Shown in pieces: positions 50,132 through 60,228 of a stretch of 64,000 bases of DNA. Positions within the stretch are counted from its first letter, which is position 1; every line of letters begins with the position of its first letter. Position numbers and translations under genes: made by a program. This DNA is from Alphaproteobacteria bacterium. GTDB taxonomy: Bacteria; Pseudomonadota; Alphaproteobacteria; Bin95. The notes beneath the pieces were generated by a model, which was not told the origin of the DNA, made no database searches, and saw nothing but the letters and a program-made list of their open reading frames with translations. The DNA lies in contig CAXXWS020000001.1 in the NCBI GenBank assembly GCA_963665325.3, forward strand, positions 96,001 through 160,000. Direction: 5' to 3'.

Positions 50132-51160
50132 ATGGGTCCCCGAAACCGGATCGGACTTTCCATGCCCTGCCGCATCGTCCTGGCCGTTGTCACGGCCTGC
50201 GCTCTTGCAGCCTGCCAGACCGCGAAACCGGACGGCAGCGCCGCCGCGCCCGGCGTCGAAACCGTCCGCTATACGACCGCAAATGTATCGTCCGGTTTCG
50301 CCCTTACGGACGAACGGCTGTCGTCCTTCCCCGTGACGCTCTCCGGCAAGCTGTGGCTGCCCGAAGGGGACAGGCCCTTCCCGGTTGTCGTATGGGGGCA
50401 TCCGGGCACCTTCAACAGTAACGATCTGGCGCAATGGCGGCGTGACCTGCGACGCGGCCTTGCCGCCGAAGGCATCGGCATCTTCTTTGCCAATTCCTAT
50501 TCCGGCAGGGGTTTGCCTCGAAAAGTCACCGCCAGGCGGCTGAATTCGACCAGTCGCTATGTGGACGGGATGCGCGCCCTTGTGGCGCTGGCCGGGCATC
50601 CGAGAGTCGATCCGCAGCGGATCGGGGTCAGCGGTGCGAGCTGGGGGGCGAATGTCGCCATGCGGCTGCAATGGGAATCCTTCGTCGCCAAGGTCCTGCC
50701 GCCCGGCCTTCGCTATGCCGCCCATGTTCCGATCTATCCGCCCTGCTCCGCGATTATCAAGGATTACACATCGACCGGAGCGCCGATGCTGATCCTGATC
50801 GGCGAGAAGGATTACAACGACGCCAGCCGGTGCAAGGACCGGGTTGCCGAGCTTCGGCAGGCGGGAGCGCGGATCGATCTCGTGACCTATCCGGGCGCTC
50901 ATCACGGCTTCCTGGCGTCCGTGCCTCCGCGAATGGTCGAGACCCCGGTTTACCGGGACTGTATGCCCTACACTGTCGACAGGGCGAACGGTGTCCTTGA
51001 GATGAAATTCGGCAGCACGGCCGACATGCCGGTCAAGGAACTGGTCGGCAGGATGTTCAAGAGCGGCTGCATCGAGCCGCGCGGCATGATCGGCGGCAAC
51101 GGCGCGGCGACAAGGGACGCGCTGAAGCGCATGATCGCTTTCTTTGCCGCGAACCTGTAG
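50132..51160 (+). CDS. Dienelactone hydrolase-family lipoprotein
   Basis: Lipobox LAAC; RIGVSGASWG nucleophile elbow, GEKD, YPGAHHGF. Confidence 0.85.
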   Translation: MGPRNRIGLSMPCRIVLAVVTACALAACQTAKPDGSAAAPGVETVRYTTANVSSGFALTDERLSSFPVTLSGKLWLPEGDRPFPVVVWGHPGTFNSNDLAQWRRDLRRGLAAEGIGIFFANSYSGRGLPRKVTARRLNSTSRYVDGMRALVALAGHPRVDPQRIGVSGASWGANVAMRLQWESFVAKVLPPGLRYAAHVPIYPPCSAIIKDYTSTGAPMLILIGEKDYNDASRCKDRVAELRQAGARIDLVTYPGAHHGFLASVPPRMVETPVYRDCMPYTVDRANGVLEMKFGSTADMPVKELVGRMFKSGCIEPRGMIGGNGAATRDALKRMIAFFAANL

Positions 51161-51207
51161 GGGCCTGGGCGGCGGCCGGGCAAGCCATCATGCGGGTCGT
51201 CAAGCTC

Positions 51208-51321
51208 GAAGTTGCCGTATCTCCACGATTGCCGGACATGCCTCTGCAAACATTGGAAACCCCGCCCGACGGAACCGGTTATGCGGGCCGGGTCCAACGG
51301 CTGCCTGTCGGTTCAGGCTTC
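51208..51321 (-). repeat. Third partial copy of the porin upstream region
   Basis: GTTGCCGTA.CTCCACGATTGCCGGA and CCGGTTATGCGGG.CGGGTC.AACGGCT.CCTGTCGGTTCAGGCTTC match 13485-13562. Confidence 0.75.
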
Positions 51322-51575
51322 GGCCGTTCCATCCCGGCGGGACAGCGTCTGTCCGAACGCAGCGGCGGACAGTATGGGCACGCAGAATTCTTCCGCGAGC
51401 GCCAGGAGATCGCCGTCGCCGGTCACAAGGGCATCGGCCTGCCCGGCAAGCGCGCGTTCCGGGGATCTACGGCCGGACGGATCGCGGCACTCGGGAACCC
51501 TCGGCGGGGGCTCCGGCACAGCGGTCGTCTCGCGGAAGGAAAGACAGTCGTCGAGAAGGTCCTGCCGGTCATCGC
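51313..51575 (-). pseudogene. PIN-domain toxin C-terminal remnant
   Basis: CRDP...ALAGQADALVTGDGDLL. Confidence 0.7.
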
Positions 51576-51577
51576 CG

Positions 51578-51868
51578 CTCAGCGGGAATGCCGGCTGGAA
51601 CCGGGGCCGCACCAACTCCGAACACTGGCGCTCGCGCGGGCCCCGGGCGAGTCTGAGCGTGTCGCTGGCGCTCCCCGCCGGCTTCACCGTCGGCCTGCGC
51701 GCCTCCCTGCAGCGCACCGAATACGGGGGCGGGACTTCGCCCACAACACCATCGACCGCCAGCCGCGCGAGGATGAGACGCAGACGCTCTCGCTTTCGGC
51801 GCATAACCGCGCGGTGACGGTGCTCGGCTTCAGCCCGCGCCTCTCGCTTGTTCGCAAGGAGCGCGGCA
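51578..51868 (+). pseudogene. Slam/DUF560 3' remnant (third copy)
   Basis: NSEHWRS.GP.ASL, GFTVGLRASLQRTEY, FAHNTID..PREDET, NRAVTVLGFSPRLSL; frameshifted. Confidence 0.88.
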
Positions 51869-51882
51869 CCGTTTCACGCCCG

Positions 51883-53103
51883 TCATGACCAGAGACAAGA
51901 CAGTGGCGCGGCTACCATCCTGTCACCGAACGGCACCAGCTCGGCGCTGTCATAGAGAACGACCCCTTGACTGAAACGCTCCCCGCACGCTTCGGCCAAG
52001 GACCGTAGCCCTGCGAAATCGCCGGACCTCACAGTTGCAGCCGCCTTGATCTCGATTCCGGCGATCATACCATCATCGCGCTCCAGAACGATGTCCACTT
52101 CGTGCATCTGCTGGTCCCGAAAATGGTAAGGAGCCAGTTGCAGGTCGGACGCCGTCATCAGTTTCAGGATTTCCGAGAACGCGAAGCTTTCGAGGAGTCC
52201 GCCGAATTCTCCACGGTCCGCCTTCAGTCGGGCAAAGCTCAATCCGCGCGCCGCAGCAAGCAGACCGCAGTCGAGAAAATGCAGCTTGGGGGTCTTCACG
52301 ATCCTCTTCAGCGCGTTCGTGTGCCAAGGCTGCAATGTGGCAACGACGAAGACCTGCTCCAGCAGGCTGACATATCGCTGCCCCGTCTTGTGACTGACAC
52401 CGATACCGGAACCAAACCGTGAATAGTTGACCAGCTTTCCCGAGTGCTCAGCCAGCAATCGGACGAATTTCGGCAGTTCGGTCAATTTCTCGATCTCGGC
52501 GATATCTCTCAGATCGCGCGTGAGAACCGACGCCAGCCAGGATCGGGCCCAGGTTTGCCGCCGCCGTTCGCTTGCCCGTGCCAGGGCCTCGGGGAATCCG
52601 CCTGCCAACACAGTCCGGACAAGCTCGTCACCGACCAATGCCTGACCGGCGCCCTGAAGCTCTCCTGCGAACGCCCGGTCAAGGAATGTCGGTCCCGTAC
52701 CCTCGATTTCTGTGCGCGCCAGCGGAAGCATCCGAAGGGTTTCGATCCGGCCGGCCAGGCTGTCCGCGACGCGCGGCAAGGTCATCACATTCGCCGAACC
52801 GGTCAGCAGGAACCGGCCGGGCCGATAGTCTTCATCCACGGACTTCTTGATCGCCAGAAGAAGCTCGGGGGCACGCTGGATCTCATCAATGGTTGCCTCG
52901 TTCAAACCGCGAACGAATCCGGCCGGATCGAATTGCGCGGCATTGAGCGTCGTTCGATCGTCAAGCGTTACATAGGTGCGATTTGTTCCCCCGATCTTGC
53001 GGACCAGTGTGGTCTTACCCGCTCGGCGCGGCCCCACGATCAAAACGACCGGCGTGTCCGAGAGGGCTTCTTCCGCCTTGCGCTCCAACAGGCGCTCGTA
53101 CAT
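51883..53103 (-). CDS. AAA+ ATPase with DUF4143 domain and PD-(D/E)xK-like tail
   Basis: GPRRAGKTT, IDEIQ, LTGS, SLAGR, KTPKLHFLD, EVDIV...IEIK. Confidence 0.9.
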   Translation of the reverse strand: MYERLLERKAEEALSDTPVVLIVGPRRAGKTTLVRKIGGTNRTYVTLDDRTTLNAAQFDPAGFVRGLNEATIDEIQRAPELLLAIKKSVDEDYRPGRFLLTGSANVMTLPRVADSLAGRIETLRMLPLARTEIEGTGPTFLDRAFAGELQGAGQALVGDELVRTVLAGGFPEALARASERRRQTWARSWLASVLTRDLRDIAEIEKLTELPKFVRLLAEHSGKLVNYSRFGSGIGVSHKTGQRYVSLLEQVFVVATLQPWHTNALKRIVKTPKLHFLDCGLLAAARGLSFARLKADRGEFGGLLESFAFSEILKLMTASDLQLAPYHFRDQQMHEVDIVLERDDGMIAGIEIKAAATVRSGDFAGLRSLAEACGERFSQGVVLYDSAELVPFGDRMVAAPLSCLWS

Positions 53104-53127
53104 GCGAGCTATTTCCGTTTTCTTGTC

Positions 53128-53203
53128 GATTGGAAATATATACCATGATGATTGGAGATCAATGATCTGACGATTGGTAATTTTGAGGTTGATAACTGGT
53201 ACT
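53128..53203. promoter_or_regulatory. Four GATTGG-type direct repeats with 22-bp period
   Basis: GATTGGAAAT 53128, GATTGGAGAT 53150, GATTGGTAAT 53172, AACTGGTACT 53194. Confidence 0.6.
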
Positions 53204-53456
53204 TGCGATACCTGTTGCACCGTGTACGGCCACGGGCAGGTACTTGTGTCGCTTGGCCTGTCACGGGTGAAGCAGTCGATTATGTCCGCAATATCTTCGG
53301 GCCGCGAGGGTGCCGGAGGGGCGTTGCAACCCATCCCTCCGGCAGCCGGCCCGAACCGGAAGGAGGCATGGGGAGTGCCTGCTCTGTCCGGGCTGGCCAT
53401 TCTGCAACGCATACAACGCGGCGAATGGTATCGCTGCTCGGGGTTCTGGAGCGGCG

Positions 53457-53760
53457 ATGATCCCGGTTCCGAGCGGGGCGCGGGTCTGGCTTGCGACCGG
53501 AGTGACGGACATGTAGCGCGGGATGAACACGCTGGCGCTGCAGGTCCAGCAGGGTCTCGGTCGCGACCCGGACAAGCTCAAGGCGCGCTTCACACCGGAC
53601 CGGGGCAGCATGCCCAGCGTCCGCACCGCCAAGCCGCTCCTTGCCGGCTACGGCGGCCTGCTCGACGCGGGAGGCGCGGCATGACCGCCAACCAGGACAA
53701 GATCGCGACCGACCCCAACAAGGTTGATGCCATAAAGCTCGCGCTGATGCTCCGCGAGAA
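53457..53760 (+). pseudogene. IS66 tnpB remnant joined to a probable IS21 istA/istB junction remnant
   Basis: [37 protein letters not shown]; then LAGYGGLL and VDAIKLALML. Confidence 0.6.
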
Positions 53761-53784
53761 CCCGCGTTCGAACCGAGGCGGCGC

Positions 53785-54957
53785 CTATCCATGGATGCGT
53801 TTCATGAAGGCATCGAAAAGAGGCACGGTGAACGCCGCATACCCGTATCGCGGGCTATAGATCATGCCGCTGGCGATCAGCGCCTCCCGGGTCGGACCCA
53901 TCTGCTGCGACGATTTCCCCAAGGCCCTGGCGATGTCTCCCGTCCGATGAGGACCGGGGCCACACCGCGCCATCGCGTACAGATAGGCCTTCTGCGGCTC
54001 CGACAGGCGTTCGTATCGCGACCTGAAGAAGTTCCGGTCGAGGCGCCCGATTGCGGCTTCGCTCGATCTCGCGATGTCTTCTCCGGTAATGGGAGAGACC
54101 GCCGCCGTGTTCCAGGCCTGGTATCCCCATTCCTGAAGGAAGTAGGGATAGCCCCGGGTCTCGCGGATCACCCCGGCGATCGCTTCGTCGTCGAATTCGA
54201 CATTCGCCTCCGCGGCGGGCTTGACCAGGGCGCGTCTCGCCTCCATCGGGTCCAGAGCCCCGATATCCGGATATTCGAAGAGACGCTCGGCATAGGTCTT
54301 CGCGTTTCCGGAGAGCCTGACCAGCAGCGGCAGTCCCGCGCCGACGACAAGCAGGGGAAGCCGTTTCTGATCGGTGCGGTGCACGGCCATGATGAGCGCC
54401 TCGAACTCCTCGGGCGGCAGGCTCTGGATCTCATCGATCAGGATCACGATCGAGGTACCGCGCGCCCTGGCCGCCTCACCCGCGGCCACGAAGACTTCGG
54501 CAAGGTCGCGGCTCAGCGTGCCGCTGTCCGCCACGCCCGGCTCGCCGTCGATATCGACGGCGAATTCGACGCCCTCGACCGTCACCTTCACCGCGCCGAC
54601 GAAACTCTTCAGAACCCGCAGACTCCTCTTGACGTGTTCGCTCACACCCTTGATGCGGTCGAGCTTCAGCAGAATCGAGCGCAGGGTGGCAATGACCGTT
54701 ACCGACAGCGGCTCGTTGTTGGCGACCTCGATGAAATCCGTCAGCGCGCCCTCTTCCTCGGCCATCGCCTGGACTTCGTTCAGCAGGACCGTCTTGCCGA
54801 CGCCGCGCAGCCCTACGAACATGAAGCTGCGGGCTGATCGGCCGGACTTGTTGCGCTGGATCGCGAGGCGGGCGTCGGCGAGAACGCCGTCGCGCCCCGC
54901 CAGCTCCGGGGGCGGCGTTCCAGCGCCAGGCGCATAGGGGTTCACGCGTGGGTCCAT
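53785..54957 (-). CDS. AAA ATPase with C-terminal winged helix
   Basis: NPYAPGAG.PP.LAGR, GLRGVGKT, IDEIQ, GYPYFLQ, FTVPLF. Confidence 0.88.
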   Translation of the reverse strand: MDPRVNPYAPGAGTPPPELAGRDGVLADARLAIQRNKSGRSARSFMFVGLRGVGKTVLLNEVQAMAEEEGALTDFIEVANNEPLSVTVIATLRSILLKLDRIKGVSEHVKRSLRVLKSFVGAVKVTVEGVEFAVDIDGEPGVADSGTLSRDLAEVFVAAGEAARARGTSIVILIDEIQSLPPEEFEALIMAVHRTDQKRLPLLVVGAGLPLLVRLSGNAKTYAERLFEYPDIGALDPMEARRALVKPAAEANVEFDDEAIAGVIRETRGYPYFLQEWGYQAWNTAAVSPITGEDIARSSEAAIGRLDRNFFRSRYERLSEPQKAYLYAMARCGPGPHRTGDIARALGKSSQQMGPTREALIASGMIYSPRYGYAAFTVPLFDAFMKRIHG

Positions 54958-55306
54958 TCAGCCGCTTCTACATGGTTTATTCGCAACCGGCATAAACATC
55001 GCCGGTCCGGCCCCCTGACCGCCACCGCCAGTTTACACCCCACTGCGATAAACTTCCTACAAGTCAAGGCGCCTGGCTTTCTGACCGGCGTTCCGGTCTC
55101 GCCCCGGACCGTCGGGTACCTGCCCGCACGAGGGCGACGGCCCGCCGCGTGCCAGTCGCTTCGGCGCAACGGCGCGGCGTGGCGAAGGACGGAGACCCGC
55201 GCGTATTCCTCCCCGAACCCCGCATCCTCCATGAAGCGCGCCGTCGGCTCCTTCGATGCTGATTTGCCCTGCCGGCGGTGCCCGCTGTCGATTCCAGATG
55301 GCTGGA

Positions 55307-56200
55307 CTACCGAGAAGTCGAGGCGTGAGGAAGGGTTTCCCGAATGTCCGGGATGCCGGTCAGAAAGATCGCCTCATGCCGATGACCCGTATAGGCGCAC
55401 AGGATGTATTCGTTCCAGTGATTCGGCTCCGGACCGTACTTCATCAGATGACCGTGCAAGTCGTCCGTCCGGGGCGGTCTCTTCTGCGCCATCATCCGAG
55501 CCAGCTCGCGCTCCAGATAGTCGACAAAAGCCTCTTCGGGATAGTCCCGGATGACATAGGGCGTGTTGATCACGATATGCCGGTGGCACAAAGGATGCGG
55601 CGGCGGAAGCACGCGCACGAACCAGATCTGGCCCTTGCCGCCGGAATAGCCGGCTGGAACCGCGCAGGAAACGGTCTCCCGCGTGCCGACCTCGCGCAGC
55701 AGAACGCCGTCGCCCTCGCTGCCGCAGTGTACATAGAAGCCCATCCGTGACCGCTGCATCAGCCCGACGGTGTCCGTCAGCCAGGACGGGGAGTCGAGCT
55801 CGGGGGCGATGCGCAGGATGCAGCTGCCCATGGTCTCCCGGCTGCTCCCGAACCGGACGTCGAACAGCGCCCACATCGTGAAATAGCTGACGGTCAGCGG
55901 GCTCATCGGCGGCCCGGACGGCATGTATTCGTCCTCGGCCTCGCCGACGATCCTGACGAAGCCCTTCGCCTCTCTCATCGTGGACATGGATTCCGACATG
56001 ATGGAGGCGATGTTCTGCGCCAGGGCGTAGATCCCGTGGCAGGGGTCATGGTCCGCGAACTTCGCGGGGACCGGACCCTCGCCGCCAAGACCAGCGTCGA
56101 GGGCCATCTTCCTGCCCTCCCGCCAGTTCGCCAGATCGACGACCTTCGAGCCGCGGGACGAAACGATCTTCTTCGCCATCTTGTCGGCAACGGAACCCAT
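55307..56200 (-). CDS. Hypothetical protein
   Basis: 297-aa ORF with host-like codon use; EYMPSGPPMSPLT.SYF..W. Confidence 0.7.
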   Translation of the reverse strand: MGSVADKMAKKIVSSRGSKVVDLANWREGRKMALDAGLGGEGPVPAKFADHDPCHGIYALAQNIASIMSESMSTMREAKGFVRIVGEAEDEYMPSGPPMSPLTVSYFTMWALFDVRFGSSRETMGSCILRIAPELDSPSWLTDTVGLMQRSRMGFYVHCGSEGDGVLLREVGTRETVSCAVPAGYSGGKGQIWFVRVLPPPHPLCHRHIVINTPYVIRDYPEEAFVDYLERELARMMAQKRPPRTDDLHGHLMKYGPEPNHWNEYILCAYTGHRHEAIFLTGIPDIRETLPHASTSR

Positions 56201-56635
56201 GGCCTGTCTTGTAATCGCTTTCGTTCGCGAGGCTCATCCGTTCTGCTGCAAATACCCGATCATCTATCCCTCCGCCTCACGGTGATCGCCGGGCGGCGGC
56301 GACAACCTGCTGCACGGTCGCCCGCGCGAGGTGGAATTCCCGTGCGATCGCCGCCGGTTTCAGTCCGGCCTCGAAGGCGGCGAGGATGAGACGCTCCTGT
56401 CCCAGTGTCACCGATGCGGCGCTGCCAGCCGTCGCCCGATTCTCCTTTGACGGCCTTTCTGTCTTCCGCCCCGAGGCGGAAGACCCGCCCGGTAGGTCAC
56501 GGCCTCGGCGCCGAACCTCTCCGGTCGCGGCCTTCGTGAGCCGGCCGAGCTGACCGTCGTCCAGCAGACGCAGGGACCGGTCCAGATCGACCGGCAGGGC
56601 GAGCCCCGGCGGCTGCCGTCCGGTGACTCCGGGCG

Positions 56636-57073
56636 ATGGCGCTGCTGCGCCGCACCGCCTATGGCCCCGAGTGGCGCTGGATGCGGATGAAGCGCATCCG
56701 CGCGGTATGGCTCCACCTCGTCGCCCGTGTCGTGCGTCATGGGCGACGGGTCAAGGTCGTGCCTGGCGCCGGCGGCGCCCATCTCATGGCCGCGCGCCAG
56801 CGGATGAACCTTGCCATGCCGCCGCCGGCATCCGCGTCCGGCTGACCCCGGCGCGAACGGATCTGCACCGATAAAACAATCCGGCACGACGCCGGACGGA
56901 GCCGCGCGCGCCCAAGACGTCGGTGAAGACCCAACCATCCCGAAAATGCCGACCTTCCCGCTCCGCAAAAGCCTCTTGCAAGCGACAACAGCCTGATCGA
57001 CGACCCGGCAGAACCCGACAGCCTGCTGAACGCGGAAATCCGGCCGCAAAAGAAAGCAGCTCGCCGATCAGGG
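56636..57073 (+). mobile_element. IS1380 right-end remnant
   Basis: MALLRRTAYGPEWRWMRMKRIRA matches the transposase at 32144-32215; ends TCGCCGATCAGGG like 33685-33697. Confidence 0.75.
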
Positions 57074-57143
57074 GCCTTGACGCAGCCTTGAACAGTTCCC
57101 ATCGTGACCGGGATTGAGGGGTCTTTCAGGAGCGTATGAACCC

Positions 57144-57938
57144 GTGACCGGATTCGAGCAGGCATTCGGCGAAGCGGAACAAGCCGCTGAGGCGGCACGA
57201 AAGGCTGCAGCACGTCTGGTTTCTACAGCAAATGCGGTGAAAAGGGCAGCTCAGACCGGGAATATCGCGACGATGCGGCGCGAGCAGGGCAAACTTGGCG
57301 AAGCGCTGGACGCATTGCGGGAAGAGGTTGGACGCGCCGCCGCCTGCTGGCCGTTTTCCGAAGCCGAAGAGGCGGACTATCTGAAAGAAAAATACACGCC
57401 GGAATTGCTGGAGGCAGCGGCCAGGAAGGGCTTGAACATCTATGAGCGCGACGGGCAATTCATATCCCCGCCGTCCATCTTGCGGATCCTGCCGGACAAT
57501 CGTTCCGTCCAGCTCGACAGGAAACGCATTCCAACCATCCGTCCGACCTGGCTTGCGGAATTGCTGCTCCGCAACCGGGGTAAATCCAGCGGCTTCACCC
57601 CGCGGCGGTTTCTGGAAGCGCTCTACTCCGTGTACGCAGACATAACCGGTCCGTCGGCCCTGATGTCGCAGCAGGGGGGCGGCGTCGTGCCCCTCGCCCG
57701 CATATATCGGCTCCTGACCGCCTTGCCGGGCGTGGGCCGCAGCTACGACCGGATGGATTTCGGCAGGGATCTCTACATGCTGGATTCAAGGGGGCCGCAT
57801 AGGACAAGGAAGGGTGCGGAGGTGTCCTTTTCGTCATCGGGCGGCAAGTACCGCCCGCGCGACCTGTTCTATTTCGTCGATCCCGACGGCGTCAGCATCG
57901 ACTATTTCGGGATCCGCTTCAGGGAAGTTAGCGAATGA
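57144..57938 (+). CDS. Hypothetical protein, first gene of candidate defence operon
   Basis: GTG after AGGAG; helical N-terminus; ATGA overlap with next gene. Confidence 0.75.
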   Translation: MTGFEQAFGEAEQAAEAARKAAARLVSTANAVKRAAQTGNIATMRREQGKLGEALDALREEVGRAAACWPFSEAEEADYLKEKYTPELLEAAARKGLNIYERDGQFISPPSILRILPDNRSVQLDRKRIPTIRPTWLAELLLRNRGKSSGFTPRRFLEALYSVYADITGPSALMSQQGGGVVPLARIYRLLTALPGVGRSYDRMDFGRDLYMLDSRGPHRTRKGAEVSFSSSGGKYRPRDLFYFVDPDGVSIDYFGIRFREVSE

Positions 57939-58900
57939 ACAACAGGATTCCGCTCGAGGACTGGCTTGCGGTCATCGACCGGGAATATCTGTCTACCTTC
58001 ATCCGCAACGGTGGTTCGGCCGTCAAATTCGCGGTTGCGGAAGAGGATCGCAGGCCGGGGCTGCGTACAGCGTTGATGTCGCAAGGTGAATCGCTCGGAT
58101 ACTTGTTCGTCGATCTGGATGCAGCGACATGCCGGGCCTATATGCCGCAGGATCTTTTTTTCGGCGTCGCACGTCAGGTCGATTGGCGATCGCTGGCCCG
58201 TCACGTCATCCTGGGCTTCCTCGCAGAAGAAGGCTTCGCCGTCGAGGGCATCGAAGCGCGGGAAGCACACGCGGTCGATGCGGCTATCGCCGGGAATGCC
58301 TCCGGGCGGGACTTTGTGCGCGGTGTACTGAGGCCATATCTCGAAGACCGGATTTTCAGGAACGCCGACCTCGCCAAGGCTTTTCGAATCGCCATGCTGC
58401 ATCTCTGCCGGTTCGAGCTCCAGGACGCTGCCGGAACCGACGGATATCCCGGCCAAGCCCTTCTGGACTGGCTGACCGGCGAGGACGGCAGGATCGGACA
58501 GTTGCGCGACTTCCAGATCCGGACCCGGATCGACCGGACGACGGCGCGGCACTTCCTGGAGTCTGCCTGTCACTGGATGAGACAGGCAGGTTATGCCGGC
58601 ACGATCATCCATCTGGACAATGTCCGCGTGACTGTGGGACGAAATCCACGGGATGGACTGAAATACTATACCAGGGCCATGACGTTGGATCATTACGAGG
58701 TCTTGCGGGAATTCATAGACGGCATGGACCGGTTGCCCGGCGTTTTGCTGGCAGTTGCAACCGGCTACGAGTTCCTGAATGACGATCCCGTCAGAGGCCG
58801 GGGCTGGGGTATCTACTCCGCCCTGCGTACGAGGATCATGGACGATGTCCGTGACAGGAATGTAGTGAACCCTGTCTCGTCGTTGGTCAGAATATCCTGA
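57935..58900 (+). CDS. DUF2791/BrxD-like P-loop protein with degenerate Walker motifs
   Basis: GGSAVKF lacking GKS/T; GYAGTIIHLDN; YEVLREFID; GIYSALRTRI. Confidence 0.65.
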   Translation: MNNRIPLEDWLAVIDREYLSTFIRNGGSAVKFAVAEEDRRPGLRTALMSQGESLGYLFVDLDAATCRAYMPQDLFFGVARQVDWRSLARHVILGFLAEEGFAVEGIEAREAHAVDAAIAGNASGRDFVRGVLRPYLEDRIFRNADLAKAFRIAMLHLCRFELQDAAGTDGYPGQALLDWLTGEDGRIGQLRDFQIRTRIDRTTARHFLESACHWMRQAGYAGTIIHLDNVRVTVGRNPRDGLKYYTRAMTLDHYEVLREFIDGMDRLPGVLLAVATGYEFLNDDPVRGRGWGIYSALRTRIMDDVRDRNVVNPVSSLVRIS

Positions 58901-58920
58901 GTGAGGAGCATGCCTCAGCC

Positions 58921-60198
58921 ATGACCGTGCAATCGGACGAGTTGGCAAATGTCGCATCCAGACGCGCGATAGAGGCACTCCGGAGCGGCGTGCCCAACCG
59001 GGATGCGGTGCGGGAGCTTGGGAGCAGCCAGCCAGATGTCGAACAGCGGTTTTCCCGTATGCTGGACAGTGCCGCCGATCTTGCGCGGCCCTTGCCTGTT
59101 ACGCGCGGAATGCTGATTTCAGGAGACTTCGGCGCCGGGAAATCCCATCTCCTGGCTCACCTGGAGCAGATGGCGCTTTCTGAGAACTTCGTCACGAGCC
59201 GGGTGGTGATAAGCAAGGAAACGCCGCTCTACGATTTGGGAAAGGTGTACTCTTCCGCCGCGGACAGCGCCAGAATTCCGGACCGGAATGGGCGCTTCAT
59301 TGAAGAACTGTCGCTCGCCCTGAAGCCCGGGACTGAAAGCTATGACCTGTTTTCCGGAGCTATCGCCAACGCCGCACTGGACGGCCAGTTGAGCATGATG
59401 TTTCCTGCGACCCGTGTTGTGCATGAGCGGTCGCACGATCAGGAGATCCTGAACGAGATAGAGTCGTTCTGGGCCGGAGACAGAATTTCGGTTGCAAGCG
59501 TAAGGAGAGGATTGCGATCAGTCGGCGAAGCGCAGAATTACCGTTTCTCCGCGCCGAAAGCCGCGGAACTCCCGCTGCAGCGGCTCCGGTTCGCCGCCGA
59601 ACTCATCCGGGGGACGGGATACAAGGGATGGATCGTCTTCATGGACGAGATCGAACTGATCGGCAATTACTCGATATTGCAGCGAGCCAGATCCTATGCG
59701 GAGCTTGCGCGCTGGACAGGATGCGTTTCGGGGGACAGCTATTCTGGCCTGATCGCGGTCGGCGCGGTCACGGACGATTATTTTTCGACGGTCATCGGAG
59801 CGGACGGGAAACAGGACAAAGACAAGATCGGCCCCCGGTTGCGGGAAAGCGCGCGATACGGGAGTCTGGTCGAAGCAGCCGAGGTCGGCATGACTGCGCT
59901 GGAGCGGGATGTAGTCGAATTGAAGCCGGTCGGGGACGCCGACGTGGGCGCGGTATTGGAGAAATTGCGCGATGTCTACGAAAGGGCTTACGACTGGCGG
60001 CCGCCCCCGGCCTCAAGGACTTCGGAGAGCGCGGGGTACCGTAACCAGATGCGCTACAAGGTCCGGGCGGCGATCAACGAATGGGACTTGTTAAGGTTGT
60101 GTCCCGGCTATTGCCCGGACATTGAGACCGAAGAGTTTCGACGCAGTTATAAAGAGGATGCGCAACTCGAAAGGCCGGCCGCGGACGATGTGGAATAG
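58921..60198 (+). CDS. DUF2791/BrxD-like ATPase
   Basis: AIEALRSGVP, GDFGAGKSH Walker A, ISKETPL, GWIVFMDEIE Walker B. Confidence 0.8.
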   Translation: MTVQSDELANVASRRAIEALRSGVPNRDAVRELGSSQPDVEQRFSRMLDSAADLARPLPVTRGMLISGDFGAGKSHLLAHLEQMALSENFVTSRVVISKETPLYDLGKVYSSAADSARIPDRNGRFIEELSLALKPGTESYDLFSGAIANAALDGQLSMMFPATRVVHERSHDQEILNEIESFWAGDRISVASVRRGLRSVGEAQNYRFSAPKAAELPLQRLRFAAELIRGTGYKGWIVFMDEIELIGNYSILQRARSYAELARWTGCVSGDSYSGLIAVGAVTDDYFSTVIGADGKQDKDKIGPRLRESARYGSLVEAAEVGMTALERDVVELKPVGDADVGAVLEKLRDVYERAYDWRPPPASRTSESAGYRNQMRYKVRAAINEWDLLRLCPGYCPDIETEEFRRSYKEDAQLERPAADDVE

Positions 60199-60228
60199 CG
60201 GTCGACTGTAGCCAGCCGGGATTCCGGA

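Noticed and set aside
53104-53412. N-terminal extension of the DUF4143 ATPase to 509 aa
   Set aside because: The family N-terminus begins at MYERL (53103); the upstream region holds the phased repeats
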